DNA of 60,126 nucleotides from an uncultured bacterium (GCA_965602655.1 CBFCZE010000001.1:1-60126); one strand, 5' to 3'; positions 1 to 9,588 are shown, numbered from the stretch's first letter. Notes: generated by a model not told the origin, from the sequence alone. Translations and numbers: made by a program.

Positions 1-518
1 AAGACGTCTGTATGATTATAGTTTCTTTCAATTCGCAACAAACTTTGTGTGCCCGGCTGTGTGGGATCACCAATTCTAACGCCATTGGCCGTGATAGTCA
101 TTGTACTATCATAATAACGACTGGGAGGAGTGGCGCTAATGGCATAAGGCGCCGAGGCTAAAAGCTGAAATGGTGTCATTTGGGCATCGTCGCCCACTTT
201 AATACCGAGAAATCTTGGTTCGCCATTAAAAAGGCTGGTTGTCAAAGGAACCGTTGTTCCCAGTTCAACAGTAAAGACACCCTGGTCATCCGGTGTTATC
301 GGTAATGTTTCCGACCAAATACTATCGACCGGATCGGCATCGGGTGCCCCATAAATTGCAAAATTGACGGCCACTTCATCAACTATCGGATTTCCGTCAG
401 TATCGGCCAGACGACCCTGATATACCATCGTTGCCGGTGCCTGGGCCAAAGCATTGATTACAAATAAAAGCAGGATGGCTAACATGGCCAGTGTGACATT
501 AACAAAACTTTTTCTCAT
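1..518 (-). CDS. secreted hypothetical protein, N-terminal 172 codons only (gene continues beyond the left edge)
   Basis: Absent from the ORF track because it is open at the window edge. Hand translation of the reverse strand from ATG 518-516 (AGGAG 7 nt upstream) gives MRKSFVNVTLAMLAILLLFVINALAQAPATMVYQGRLADTDGNPIVDEVAVNFAIYGAPDADPVDSIWSETLPITPDDQGVFTVELG... with no stop down to position 1. The N-terminus is a typical Sec signal peptide. Confidence 0.6.
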   Translation of the reverse strand, partial: MRKSFVNVTLAMLAILLLFVINALAQAPATMVYQGRLADTDGNPIVDEVAVNFAIYGAPDADPVDSIWSETLPITPDDQGVFTVELGTTVPLTTSLFNGEPRFLGIKVGDDAQMTPFQLLASAPYAISATPPSRYYDSTMTITANGVRIGDPTQPGTQSLLRIERNYNHTDV

Positions 519-555
519 AAAACAGCTCCTTTCAATAATCGATTTAAAAAATATT

Positions 556-1194
556 TTATCTTCCATCCTTGGTCGGCGGGCGTGGAAAAGTCGCCAGAGT
601 TGTATCCGGCGGAGGTTCATCGCCACCTCCCCCCAATAAGACTACGGCACCGGCAACGATACCAACACCGAGTCCGATAGCCCACCATTGAGTATACCAG
701 GCTTTCTTTTCTCCGGTATCGATTGTCGGAATTGCAACGAGAGTATCAAGATCCGGGGCTTTAATTTCGGTTCCTACCAGACTTTTGGCGTGTTCCATCA
801 TTGATAAAAATTCGGTCGATTTAATATCAAGATCTCCCGACCAGTCGGCATAAGATCTAAAAGCCTTTGCAAACTGTTCAATAACTTTGTTCCGTTTTTC
901 TTTGACATCTTTGAGTTTGGCGTAATAGACCGCCGCCATAAGAACATGCGCGTTAGCCTTATCTTCAAGGCTCAATGACTCATCTTTTAGAAGGTCATTA
1001 ATTTCCATTTCGGCGCAGTTGTAATTTAGACCCTTAAATGTCTGGCGAGCATGCTCGAGCGAAGGAGCGTCCTTATCGTAAGGACAACTAATTGATTCCT
1101 GAGCCAGAACTCCTATTGGCAGGATAGTGACAATCAGATATGAGATCAACACTACTGTCATGGAGAAACGGAACAAAAGGACTTTTTTGTGCAT
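556..1194 (-). CDS. membrane-anchored hypothetical protein
   Basis: 212-aa ORF. It has an N-terminal hydrophobic signal/anchor (VVLISYLIVTILPIGVLAQE), a helical middle part, a C-terminal TM (WWAIGLGVGIVAGAVVLLGG) and a Pro-rich tail. It lies 41 nt downstream of the kinase gene on the same strand, so is probably co-transcribed. No family recognised. Confidence 0.6.
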   Translation of the reverse strand: MHKKVLLFRFSMTVVLISYLIVTILPIGVLAQESISCPYDKDAPSLEHARQTFKGLNYNCAEMEINDLLKDESLSLEDKANAHVLMAAVYYAKLKDVKEKRNKVIEQFAKAFRSYADWSGDLDIKSTEFLSMMEHAKSLVGTEIKAPDLDTLVAIPTIDTGEKKAWYTQWWAIGLGVGIVAGAVVLLGGGGDEPPPDTTLATFPRPPTKDGR

Positions 1195-1235
1195 TTGACC
1201 TCCTTTGATTATATTATGTTTATATTATTAATCTT

Positions 1236-3008
1236 TTAGTTTTGAGACCAATGTACCAATATATCGATAGATTCTGCATTTTGCCACTTTGTGGCTCCAA
1301 AATCTACCGTTGATTGTCCCTTTCTAATAAATTCTCTCGGACCACCACCATACGGAAAGGTCACTGCCGAATCTATTTTGGCGCCGGGGTAGCGTTGCCC
1401 CTGCGCATTTAAAATATTGAATCCAAATTGCCATTTGCCGGACAGTTTCTGAAGGTCAAGTATCGGGAGATCATTGGCTGAATATTTTTTCCCATGTCCG
1501 TTAAATTGAACCTCCAAAATGGCATCGCCCAGCTCGGACGGGGAAGCTCCAATTCGGAAAGTGATGGTATCTCGTAAATAAAATTCGTCCTGCAAATTAT
1601 ATCGAACGCTTCTGTCAATATTGGTCTGAACCTGATCAATCAAAATAGGGAAATCGGGATGAATAATGGTGATGTCATGATTTCCTTTGTTGATGTCAAA
1701 TTTTTTATTGGGGCTTTTTTCCACGCCGTCAACTAAAATCGCAACGTTGTAATCAGGGACGACACTAATCATCAAAGTCGGAAGCGGCGGCGGTTTTGGC
1801 GCTTCCGGCTCCGGTTGAGTTGCAGGTTTTTCTGAGGCAACAATAGATTCTTCCGATGAACCAGTGCCCGGGGTCTGCCCCTGCTTTGTAACCGGCTTTT
1901 CCTCAATAGGCTCCTGCGTCGTTTCGGGGGTTGTTGATTCATCGCCTGTGGCGGCTATCTCGCCGGAGATAGTGGTATCTTTTGAGGTTTCCTTGGTTGG
2001 GATAGCTTCATTAGTATCAGAAATTATCTCATTGACTTGGATTGATTCGATGGCTGATTGCGCCGCCGGCAGCCAGCGATCGCGAGTCAGGAACGCGCCG
2101 CCGGCCAGAAGAACTATAATTGCCGCTGTTATCCAGAGGGTTTTTTTCGATTTTCCGCCATAAACCTGCTGAACCTCTTTGAGGTCTTTACCCATTTCGG
2201 AAATTGAGTTATACCGTTTACTGGGATCCGGGTGAGTTGCTTTTTTTAATAAGTGTATCATCTGTGGAGAAAGATTTTTAGCTTTTGGACCGCCCCATTC
2301 GGTGATATCGGGGTTGGCCGGATTCCGATACGGCATTTCGTTGGTGGCGAAGTTAAAAAGTGTCACGCCGGTTTCATAAATATCGCTTAAAAACGGGTTG
2401 TAATTGGCGTCACCCGCCTGACGCTCCGGGGCGGCAAACATCGGCGTTAATGCCTGATAGGCCGTTTTGGTGGCGTCCTCACGCATTACCTTGGCGATGC
2501 CAAAATCAATCAGATATACATGATCGTTTTTATCGATTATTATATTATCGGGTTTTATATCACGATGAGCGATTTTTTTACTATGGGCATAAGCTAAGGC
2601 ACTGGTCATGGTCCGAGCAACCCTTAAAAGCATGTCACTTGATAGCGCCCCCGACTCTTTTAAAATCTCCTTGCCATCCCGACCGTCAATAAAGGCAACC
2701 ACCAGGGCGCCTTCTTCGGGAAGATAGTCGATCACGCGGCAGATATTGGGATGATCAAGAAGACATAAAACTTTGGCCTCTTTGTCAAATTTATCTCGGG
2801 CCTGGACTTTTTTAAAAAATTTTACAACCAGCTTTTGTTCGACAAGATTGACATTATAACCGCTATAAACCTCACCGAATCCGCCGCCGCCAATATATGA
2901 ACGGATCTTATATTTGCCACCGATAACCCACCCGATTACGCCAAGCGGATCAAGAGGCTTGTCATCAGAATCATCTTCCCATCCTGTGGTTTTACTTTCA
3001 TCCGACAT
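1236..3008 (-). CDS. Hanks-type Ser/Thr protein kinase, single-pass membrane protein with extracytoplasmic beta-rich (PEGA-like) domain
   Basis: Gly loop GGGGFGEVY, VVKF lysine, catalytic loop HRDIKPDNIIID, DFGIAK, FAAPE. One TM (WITAAIIVLLAGGAFL) is followed by a Pro/Thr/Glu-rich linker and a ~190-aa C-terminal domain (ISVVPDYNVAILVDGVEK...GNHDITIIHPDF). Confidence 0.9.
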   Translation of the reverse strand: MSDESKTTGWEDDSDDKPLDPLGVIGWVIGGKYKIRSYIGGGGFGEVYSGYNVNLVEQKLVVKFFKKVQARDKFDKEAKVLCLLDHPNICRVIDYLPEEGALVVAFIDGRDGKEILKESGALSSDMLLRVARTMTSALAYAHSKKIAHRDIKPDNIIIDKNDHVYLIDFGIAKVMREDATKTAYQALTPMFAAPERQAGDANYNPFLSDIYETGVTLFNFATNEMPYRNPANPDITEWGGPKAKNLSPQMIHLLKKATHPDPSKRYNSISEMGKDLKEVQQVYGGKSKKTLWITAAIIVLLAGGAFLTRDRWLPAAQSAIESIQVNEIISDTNEAIPTKETSKDTTISGEIAATGDESTTPETTQEPIEEKPVTKQGQTPGTGSSEESIVASEKPATQPEPEAPKPPPLPTLMISVVPDYNVAILVDGVEKSPNKKFDINKGNHDITIIHPDFPILIDQVQTNIDRSVRYNLQDEFYLRDTITFRIGASPSELGDAILEVQFNGHGKKYSANDLPILDLQKLSGKWQFGFNILNAQGQRYPGAKIDSAVTFPYGGGPREFIRKGQSTVDFGATKWQNAESIDILVHWSQN

Positions 3009-3337
3009 TGTCGGCTCCCTGTAAATTTAGCACCAAAATTTGTTAACCACCAAATTGAATACCATTACGACAAATTTGGATCTATCAGAAATAATTTATA
3101 ATTCAATAAAGTTATAAATTATTATAATCCAACGAATTTATATTCACTTTACCATCTATAGCAAGAACTTTTTAAAAAAATATTTTATAATGTTTTGAAA
3201 TAATCCCCAAAATTTTTTTTATTAAAAGTCTTTCAAAGGAATTTTATGTTTTCTATTTTTCAAAAACTATTTGTTGCTCTTGGAGAAAAATTTTGCTATT
3301 TATTAAAGTTACAGTTTATTAAAAGACGAAGGTGTTT

Positions 3338-4498
3338 ATGGGCAAAGGCGCAGCCACTCTCGGTTCAATGGCAGAAACCTGTAATGACCCTGCCAATATG
3401 CCGGTGGGACAGGTCATTGCCGCCGGGACGGTTTTAATTAATAAAAAACCGGCCGCAAAAAAGAACGACCAGATTGTTGGGGTTGACACTCATATTGTTT
3501 TGGTTCCTGCTCCACCCAGTCCCTCGCCAGTGCCAACCCCCCTGCCACATCCGTATACTGGCATGATTGACGGAGGACTTAGTTCCTCGGTAAACATAAT
3601 GGGTCAACCGGCGGCAACGGTTGACAGCACTGCCACAAATACGCCATCGCATATTGCCACTCCTCCCGGTGTTTCCTTTCAAAAACCGCCTGACAACAAG
3701 GCAACAATTAAAATGGGTAGTTTTGACGTCATGATCGGCAATGGTGGCAGTGGCAGTGGTAGTGGCAGCGGCGGCGGCAGTTCCGTACAAACCGAAACGG
3801 CGGCGGTTGAGGTTGACAAGGGGCATTTTCTTGATTTGAAATTTGTCGATAAGGGCGGCAAAGAAATCTCCGGTATCAATTATTCAATCAAATCACCCAG
3901 CAATGAAGAGATCAGCGGGATTATCAGCGGCCAAATTAAACAGGCCGGTTTAAAAGAAGGCGATTATGAGGTAGAGCTGAAAGCTATCACAAAAGCGGAA
4001 TGGTCCACTAACAGCGCTCATGTCGGCGATAAGGTCAAACTGCTGGTAGATTCGGTTGGAATTGAGGATGACGAAAAGGCAGTTTTGCAGGTGTTTATTA
4101 AAGATTCCAACTGCGCCGACCGGCTCCACAAATCTTTCGACTGCAAAATCAGCGGCGGGAAAATAGAATATGAGTGGGAATTGGAAGTTGATGATAACCT
4201 TGCTGAAAATCAGGATGCCAAAGTAAGAAGCAGCGGGTATTCATCGCCTGCGTTTTATTTTGCTGTTATGGTAGCTAATCTAAAAACTAAATCGGGTCTT
4301 TTGATTTTTAAGGACTATGTTGAGTTAGAGTTGAAAGACGACGATGATAAACCGATTGGAAACGTAAAATATACGGTCTATCTTCCTAACGGCGGGGTTA
4401 AGGAAGGTTATTTAGATAAAGACGGATATGCCAAAGTTGAAGATCTTCCGCCCGGTAAAATAGAATATAAATATGACATAAGAGATCGTAAGCAGTAG
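3338..4498 (+). CDS. PAAR-like spike-tip protein with Gly/Ser linker and ~235-aa beta-rich C-terminal extension
   Basis: ATG 3338 with GAAGGTG just upstream (the ORF track starts at GTG 3332). The N-terminal ~135 aa carry PAAR-type segments: LINKKPAAKKNDQIVGVDTH, PLPHPYTGMIDGGLSSSVNIMGQPAATVDS, ATIKMGSFDVMIGNG. A (G/S)14 linker occupies 3743-3784. It lies upstream of a T6SS core. Confidence 0.7.
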   Translation: MGKGAATLGSMAETCNDPANMPVGQVIAAGTVLINKKPAAKKNDQIVGVDTHIVLVPAPPSPSPVPTPLPHPYTGMIDGGLSSSVNIMGQPAATVDSTATNTPSHIATPPGVSFQKPPDNKATIKMGSFDVMIGNGGSGSGSGSGGGSSVQTETAAVEVDKGHFLDLKFVDKGGKEISGINYSIKSPSNEEISGIISGQIKQAGLKEGDYEVELKAITKAEWSTNSAHVGDKVKLLVDSVGIEDDEKAVLQVFIKDSNCADRLHKSFDCKISGGKIEYEWELEVDDNLAENQDAKVRSSGYSSPAFYFAVMVANLKTKSGLLIFKDYVELELKDDDDKPIGNVKYTVYLPNGGVKEGYLDKDGYAKVEDLPPGKIEYKYDIRDRKQ

Positions 4499-4520
4499 AT
4501 ATTTATTGCTTTTTATTAAT

Positions 4521-7500
4521 ATGCCCCCACCAAAAACACATACAAAAATAGTCACTCCCTTAAAGGGAAAATCAGTTGATATTATTGAGTTCGGAAAAGA
4601 ACTCTATAATAAAAATAGTGTTGTCCTGATGCCCGGAAAGGTTGAAAATGATATTGCCACAACCGATCACCAGGCCATGATGAAGCTTGCGGAAAGTGTG
4701 GGCTTTGTTGGAATTGCGGCTATTTTTAAACAGTTCAGTTATGATTCGCGAAAACGGTTAATATTAACCGGTCATACCGATTCTATAAATGATAAATATG
4801 CCGCTCATTTCCGTTTGAGCAAGGAGAGGGCCGAGGCGGTCTATTGTTTGCTTACGGGGAAAAAGAATCGTTGGGCGAAACTGGCACACGATAAGCATTG
4901 TATTCGGGATTATAAATGCATAATGACCTTTTTTCGATATCTTGGCGGAGATGCTTTTAAAGGTAAAGATAATTGCGATCCGGCAAAAATCGATAATGAA
5001 TGGGATGATAAAAACAAAACGCGCAACGCAGTTAGAGCCTTTTTTAAGTGTGTCAAAAAACATTACAATTTAACCATTGATGATAAAAAACTGGCCAAAG
5101 GCGTTGAAAAGGATGCCAAGAAATTGTGGCCGGAGATAATCTGGAAATCTGTTTTCGATCTGTATGTCGAACAGATACGGAAATTTCTCAAAGTCGATGC
5201 CGCCGGTCTAAAAGATTACCGCGAAAAAAAGTTAAAATTTGCACAGGCCGGTAAAGAATTTTTAGGGTGCGGATCATCGTTTCCTATGAAAACGCCCGAT
5301 GGCAGCAAATACCAGAAAGAGAAATATAGGCGGGTTGAATCTCTCTTTTTCTATCTTGACGATGTTCCGGCCCGCACAAAAGGAACGCCCAGAATTGTCT
5401 GTATCCCGGTGACCGATAAATTGCATGAAGAAAAACAGTGTCCTTTTTATCACGATAAACATTTTGTGGCCAATTATCTCAATCCGCTCAATGAATTGAA
5501 TTGGGTACCCTATCATATGAAGTTTGACTTCTATAATCAGGTTCAGCTCAAAAATGATGTTCCCAAGGTCAGGCAGGTTCCGGAAGGGTTGACTATAAAG
5601 GCCTTTCATTATAAAAAAGTTGGAGGCAATGATAAAAAAGAGGCAATTAGCACCATTATTAAATACCATAAGGGTGTTTATTCTGTTAAGGTTCCCGACG
5701 ATGACAAGCGAAAAAATATATATTTTGAATTCTCGTCAGTTACTAAAAAGGCGCCCAAGATTGAACGATGGTGGGTATACACAAAAGATGAAAATACCGA
5801 GCCGAAGCTGGAAAAGAAACTGGATGAGGACATAAATAAATTATTGACACCGAATGATTATTATAAACGGCTCAGTTTTTATGATCTGCCAGAGGAATGG
5901 TCATCCGAAAATTATATGACCAGATATAAGGAGGGCAATTCCTGGAAGGGCGGCCGGTATCAGGATGTAATGAAGACAGATTTGAAACTCAAGCCATTTG
6001 GTACAAAAGAAGCCGAAGCTGAAAAGCCTATAATATTTTCGTTGGACGATATTGTCTTGGTTGATAAGGATGGCAAACAGGATATTAAAGATAAAGATAA
6101 GACTGATGCCGATAAGGTTCTTTCCGACAAATCAAGATTGTCTCTGTTACATGTTCTCAAGGACGAACTGGTATTATATAAGCCAAGAGAAAGTGATTGT
6201 GTCCAGAATCCCAAAATCAAATCGGCATGCTTTAGCGAGATTGATTTTAGGAAAGAAGGAGTAAATTCCTGGTTTAATGTTATTTCCGATGTTCCGGCCA
6301 ACACCCGCGGAATTATGTTTTGCAATAATTTTTATGGTGTTTTCCATAAGCGTGCCGGTCAGACTGCAGCTACATTTGATCCGAAAAAGAAACATATAAA
6401 AGGTTGTCGGGCTGCCTCTCTTGTAGATGCCGAAGGTCATTGTTCGGTTAAATATAAATATGATCCTTATCTAGACACCAGTACAAAAATTACGCTGACC
6501 AATAATAGTAAAAATGTCAACGGAAATAGCACCACGTTTACGACCAAATTTAAAAAGGGCTACAAAATAAAAACATATGATGGATCTAAATGGAATAAGG
6601 ACTTGCATTATGTTGATTCAATCCAGAATGATACAGGGCTAACTCTGGTGGAAAAGGCGACTGCCACCGAGAACGGTGTTTTTTATCAGGGAATTCCCTA
6701 CTGCCATTATTCTGCAGATGACGTTGGCAATTATGAACTGCATTATATCCATTTTGGATTTGCAAAAAAAAGCCCGGACACGTATAAAGGAGGATATAAA
6801 GTACGATCTTTTTTACTGATTTACTGGAACGGACGGTTCGAGGATAAGACTGATAACACAGAAGATCCATATACGGTTACCGCGGCTGATGTTGAGACAT
6901 TTGAAAGAACCGGACTGAATAATGTAAAGACTCATTGGGAAAAAAAGAAATATAAGCTTGAGCCAGCAGAATTAGATGCTGACCAAAAGGGCAAAATTCA
7001 GATTACACCGGTTTTCTTTTATGAAGCAAAAACTACCGATCGCGGAGGCAAACATAAATGTATGGTCTCAATTGCAAATTATTTTGTTGGTAATATGGGC
7101 TTGGATACCTCAATGATGTACTATAAATTATATCAACAATACCATTCCGCGACAGTATTTGCCTGGGGGCCACCGGTTGTTGATATAGATACACTTCAAT
7201 TTGGTGATTTAACCGCGGCTCATGAACTTGGCCACGCCATTGGTCTTGATGATGATTATATTTATCGCAAAGGCGAAAAATATATAAATGCCAAAGATGC
7301 TCATTTCAGCCAATATTATCTGGGCATGCCATATCATCATGATGATTTTTCTATAATGACAAAAAATAAGGCACCCAGAATGAGGCATTTGTGGCATATT
7401 ATGAACCGCCTCAATTCGGCGGCTGACAATAATACGGAATTAAAAAAGTTGCTTAATGGAACCGAATATCAGATAGTCCACCGCTTCACAAAAAATACTG

Positions 7501-8270
7501 TCAATAAGGTATTGCGTTATCGATTAAAAAATTCTCCCGATGATTATCGTGATATTCTAAGGCCATTTAAAGAAAAGAGAAAACATAGCACCGGAACGGG
7601 CAAAGTAGATTTGGCATTATACAAACTTGGTGAAGATGAAATGACCTGGAATATCAACATTACTCCTACCCCGGCAGGACCCGCATTTAATTTTAATGGA
7701 ATTCTTGTGGTTTTTATCAAAATAGGGTTTATTTTCAAGAACTTTACTGATAATAGCGATCCCGCCCATGTTGTCACCCATAACTGGGGTAATAACAAGA
7801 AAAGTAGATTTATGGATGATATCAAGGCAAAGATTAATGAACTGAATAGGCGTTTTTATTTAAAGGGTACAAACCTTGATTTCAAAAATACATATATATT
7901 CTTTTTCCCCCTTTGCCTCGAATATGATTTCATTAAAACGAAATATGGCAATGCCGATGAAACGGCGACAAAAACTGCCGCGCATATTACTATTGAAGCT
8001 GAGTTTAATGGTACCAAAAAGGCAAAAGCAAGATCATCCCCGCTAACCAAGTTGGAGGTGGGCGATATGGTCGATTTTGATTGGGTGGCAAAATGTATAT
8101 TGGGCAAAGATCCTGGAGATACTTTGGGACATGATAAGAATTGGACCGATTGGGGTACTCCAAGTGCGGACCAGGCAAAATTTACGACGGCAGATTTTGA
8201 ACATCTTAAGACATGGATTAATTCCGCTGATGGTTTAAACGGTGGTGCATTTGAATTGAAAGGAACTTAG
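4521..8270 (+). CDS. 1249-aa putative T6SS cargo: OmpA-like peptidoglycan-binding segment + Zn-metallopeptidase (HExxHxxGxxD) domain
   Basis: First ATG at 4521 (the ORF track starts at TTG 4506). OmpA-family signature LILTGHTDSINDKYAAHFRLSKERAEAVYCLL at 4758-4850. Zinc motif AAHELGHAIGLDDDY with HELGH at 7221-7235. No signal peptide. It follows the PAAR gene with a 22-nt gap. Confidence 0.7.
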   Translation: MPPPKTHTKIVTPLKGKSVDIIEFGKELYNKNSVVLMPGKVENDIATTDHQAMMKLAESVGFVGIAAIFKQFSYDSRKRLILTGHTDSINDKYAAHFRLSKERAEAVYCLLTGKKNRWAKLAHDKHCIRDYKCIMTFFRYLGGDAFKGKDNCDPAKIDNEWDDKNKTRNAVRAFFKCVKKHYNLTIDDKKLAKGVEKDAKKLWPEIIWKSVFDLYVEQIRKFLKVDAAGLKDYREKKLKFAQAGKEFLGCGSSFPMKTPDGSKYQKEKYRRVESLFFYLDDVPARTKGTPRIVCIPVTDKLHEEKQCPFYHDKHFVANYLNPLNELNWVPYHMKFDFYNQVQLKNDVPKVRQVPEGLTIKAFHYKKVGGNDKKEAISTIIKYHKGVYSVKVPDDDKRKNIYFEFSSVTKKAPKIERWWVYTKDENTEPKLEKKLDEDINKLLTPNDYYKRLSFYDLPEEWSSENYMTRYKEGNSWKGGRYQDVMKTDLKLKPFGTKEAEAEKPIIFSLDDIVLVDKDGKQDIKDKDKTDADKVLSDKSRLSLLHVLKDELVLYKPRESDCVQNPKIKSACFSEIDFRKEGVNSWFNVISDVPANTRGIMFCNNFYGVFHKRAGQTAATFDPKKKHIKGCRAASLVDAEGHCSVKYKYDPYLDTSTKITLTNNSKNVNGNSTTFTTKFKKGYKIKTYDGSKWNKDLHYVDSIQNDTGLTLVEKATATENGVFYQGIPYCHYSADDVGNYELHYIHFGFAKKSPDTYKGGYKVRSFLLIYWNGRFEDKTDNTEDPYTVTAADVETFERTGLNNVKTHWEKKKYKLEPAELDADQKGKIQITPVFFYEAKTTDRGGKHKCMVSIANYFVGNMGLDTSMMYYKLYQQYHSATVFAWGPPVVDIDTLQFGDLTAAHELGHAIGLDDDYIYRKGEKYINAKDAHFSQYYLGMPYHHDDFSIMTKNKAPRMRHLWHIMNRLNSAADNNTELKKLLNGTEYQIVHRFTKNTVNKVLRYRLKNSPDDYRDILRPFKEKRKHSTGTGKVDLALYKLGEDEMTWNINITPTPAGPAFNFNGILVVFIKIGFIFKNFTDNSDPAHVVTHNWGNNKKSRFMDDIKAKINELNRRFYLKGTNLDFKNTYIFFFPLCLEYDFIKTKYGNADETATKTAAHITIEAEFNGTKKAKARSSPLTKLEVGDMVDFDWVAKCILGKDPGDTLGHDKNWTDWGTPSADQAKFTTADFEHLKTWINSADGLNGGAFELKGT

Positions 8271-8292
8271 AATCATATGCTTTTATAGGTAT

Positions 8293-9540
8293 ATGAAATG
8301 TGCAATGACAAAAATCATATATCAATTAATTTTAATTTTCCTTCCCGCTCTGATAATATTTTATGGGGCGGGGTCATGTAAAAATATGGAAGCAAAGGAT
8401 AGCAAAATGGCTTTCGAAACTAAGGATGTAGCCTACCCGGTCAGGTTTGCCAATTTCCAGAGAAATTCTAATGTCCCGGTTATGATGAAATCCAGGTGGA
8501 ATCCGGTATGGTTTAAAAAATATTCGGATATCAATATTGATTATTCATTTATACCCTATAATGTATTGGTTAGGGATAACCTTGTAGGTGTCCGCTATGA
8601 CGCAGAGATGCTATTATTTAACTCACAGGGTAATATGGTGTATCAAATGCCATTGAGTGCTTCGGGTAGTGTTGTTCTGGGTAAGACCGCTATGGCGTAT
8701 CTTGTTATGACTCATCAGATTAACTATCGAGATTATGAATTTAACCTGATTGAAAATATTGGTACACTCCCGGAATTGAATGAATGGTCATATGAATTAC
8801 TTATGTGCCCTACATTTGAAGATATTCTGGCAGTAGTTCAATTTACCGGAGGTCCTCAATATGAACCAAGGAAATATTATATTTATAAGCTTCTTCCGAA
8901 TAAAAGAGATGTTGACTGGTTCCACGAATTTGACGGTGTTGCGAATCATGCTCTTCTGACAAATGATGAAAATAACATCATTCTGGTAAATCGAAATAAT
9001 GTCAGCATTTTTAATACCGATTCGGGAGAGAATACTGGATCATTTAAAATTAATTTTGATGACACGATTGAGCCTGATGTACCATCGATTGCCTCGTTGG
9101 ATAAAAATGACAATCTTGTAATCCTTGCGGACAGAATAGTTGATGAAAAGACCGATAAATATCTGGCGGTTTATTCTCCTGACGGCAAGGAACTCTGGTC
9201 GTTCAAATTAAATGAACCCAATCTCAATCAACCGCCTGCGTGCGATAACGACGGCCGAATATTTATTATTGATGGATTACAACTTCATTGTTTAAAAGAT
9301 GGTGAAATTGATTGGACGGCGATTCTTAAACCGGCTGAAAGAAATTGGATCACTATCACTTCTGACAATCATGCCGTAGTTATAAATGGAAGCCTGCTGG
9401 CTCTGTTTGCGCCAAATGGTGAAAAACTGTTTGAACGGCTTATAACTAAGACCGATGATCAGTTTTATGCCCCGCCGGCACTTGATAAAGATGGACATAT
9501 ATTTGTGGCTGGCCAGAAGGCGTTGTACTGTTTTGAATAA
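8293..9540 (+). CDS. lipoprotein with PQQ-like/beta-propeller repeats (candidate immunity or periplasmic accessory protein)
   Basis: Lipobox-like IIFYGAGSC near the N-terminus. Repeated 'DG..W.f' blades at the C-terminus (SPDGKELWSFKL, DNDGRIFIIDGLQLHCL, DGEIDWTAIL, APNGEKLFERL, DKDGHIFVAGQKALYCF). Confidence 0.6.
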   Translation: MKCAMTKIIYQLILIFLPALIIFYGAGSCKNMEAKDSKMAFETKDVAYPVRFANFQRNSNVPVMMKSRWNPVWFKKYSDINIDYSFIPYNVLVRDNLVGVRYDAEMLLFNSQGNMVYQMPLSASGSVVLGKTAMAYLVMTHQINYRDYEFNLIENIGTLPELNEWSYELLMCPTFEDILAVVQFTGGPQYEPRKYYIYKLLPNKRDVDWFHEFDGVANHALLTNDENNIILVNRNNVSIFNTDSGENTGSFKINFDDTIEPDVPSIASLDKNDNLVILADRIVDEKTDKYLAVYSPDGKELWSFKLNEPNLNQPPACDNDGRIFIIDGLQLHCLKDGEIDWTAILKPAERNWITITSDNHAVVINGSLLALFAPNGEKLFERLITKTDDQFYAPPALDKDGHIFVAGQKALYCFE

Positions 9541-9588
9541 TTTTGAACAAAATAGGTTTACAAATAATAAAAAATAGATGGTTTTAAA

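Noticed and set aside
3246-3437. 63-aa ORF overlapping the start of the PAAR gene in another frame. Also the antisense ORFs at 3434-3879.
   Set aside because: The first part lies in the AT-rich promoter region, the rest overlaps a better-supported gene, and no motif is present. The antisense ORFs run through the (G/S) linker repeat and are low complexity.
3743-3784. ggc/agt microsatellite-like run considered as a phase-variation tract.
   Set aside because: The codons are mixed (ggt ggc agt ggc agt ggt agt ggc agc ggc ggc ggc agt) rather than a pure repeat, and they are in frame. It is more simply a flexible Gly/Ser linker between the PAAR domain and its extension.
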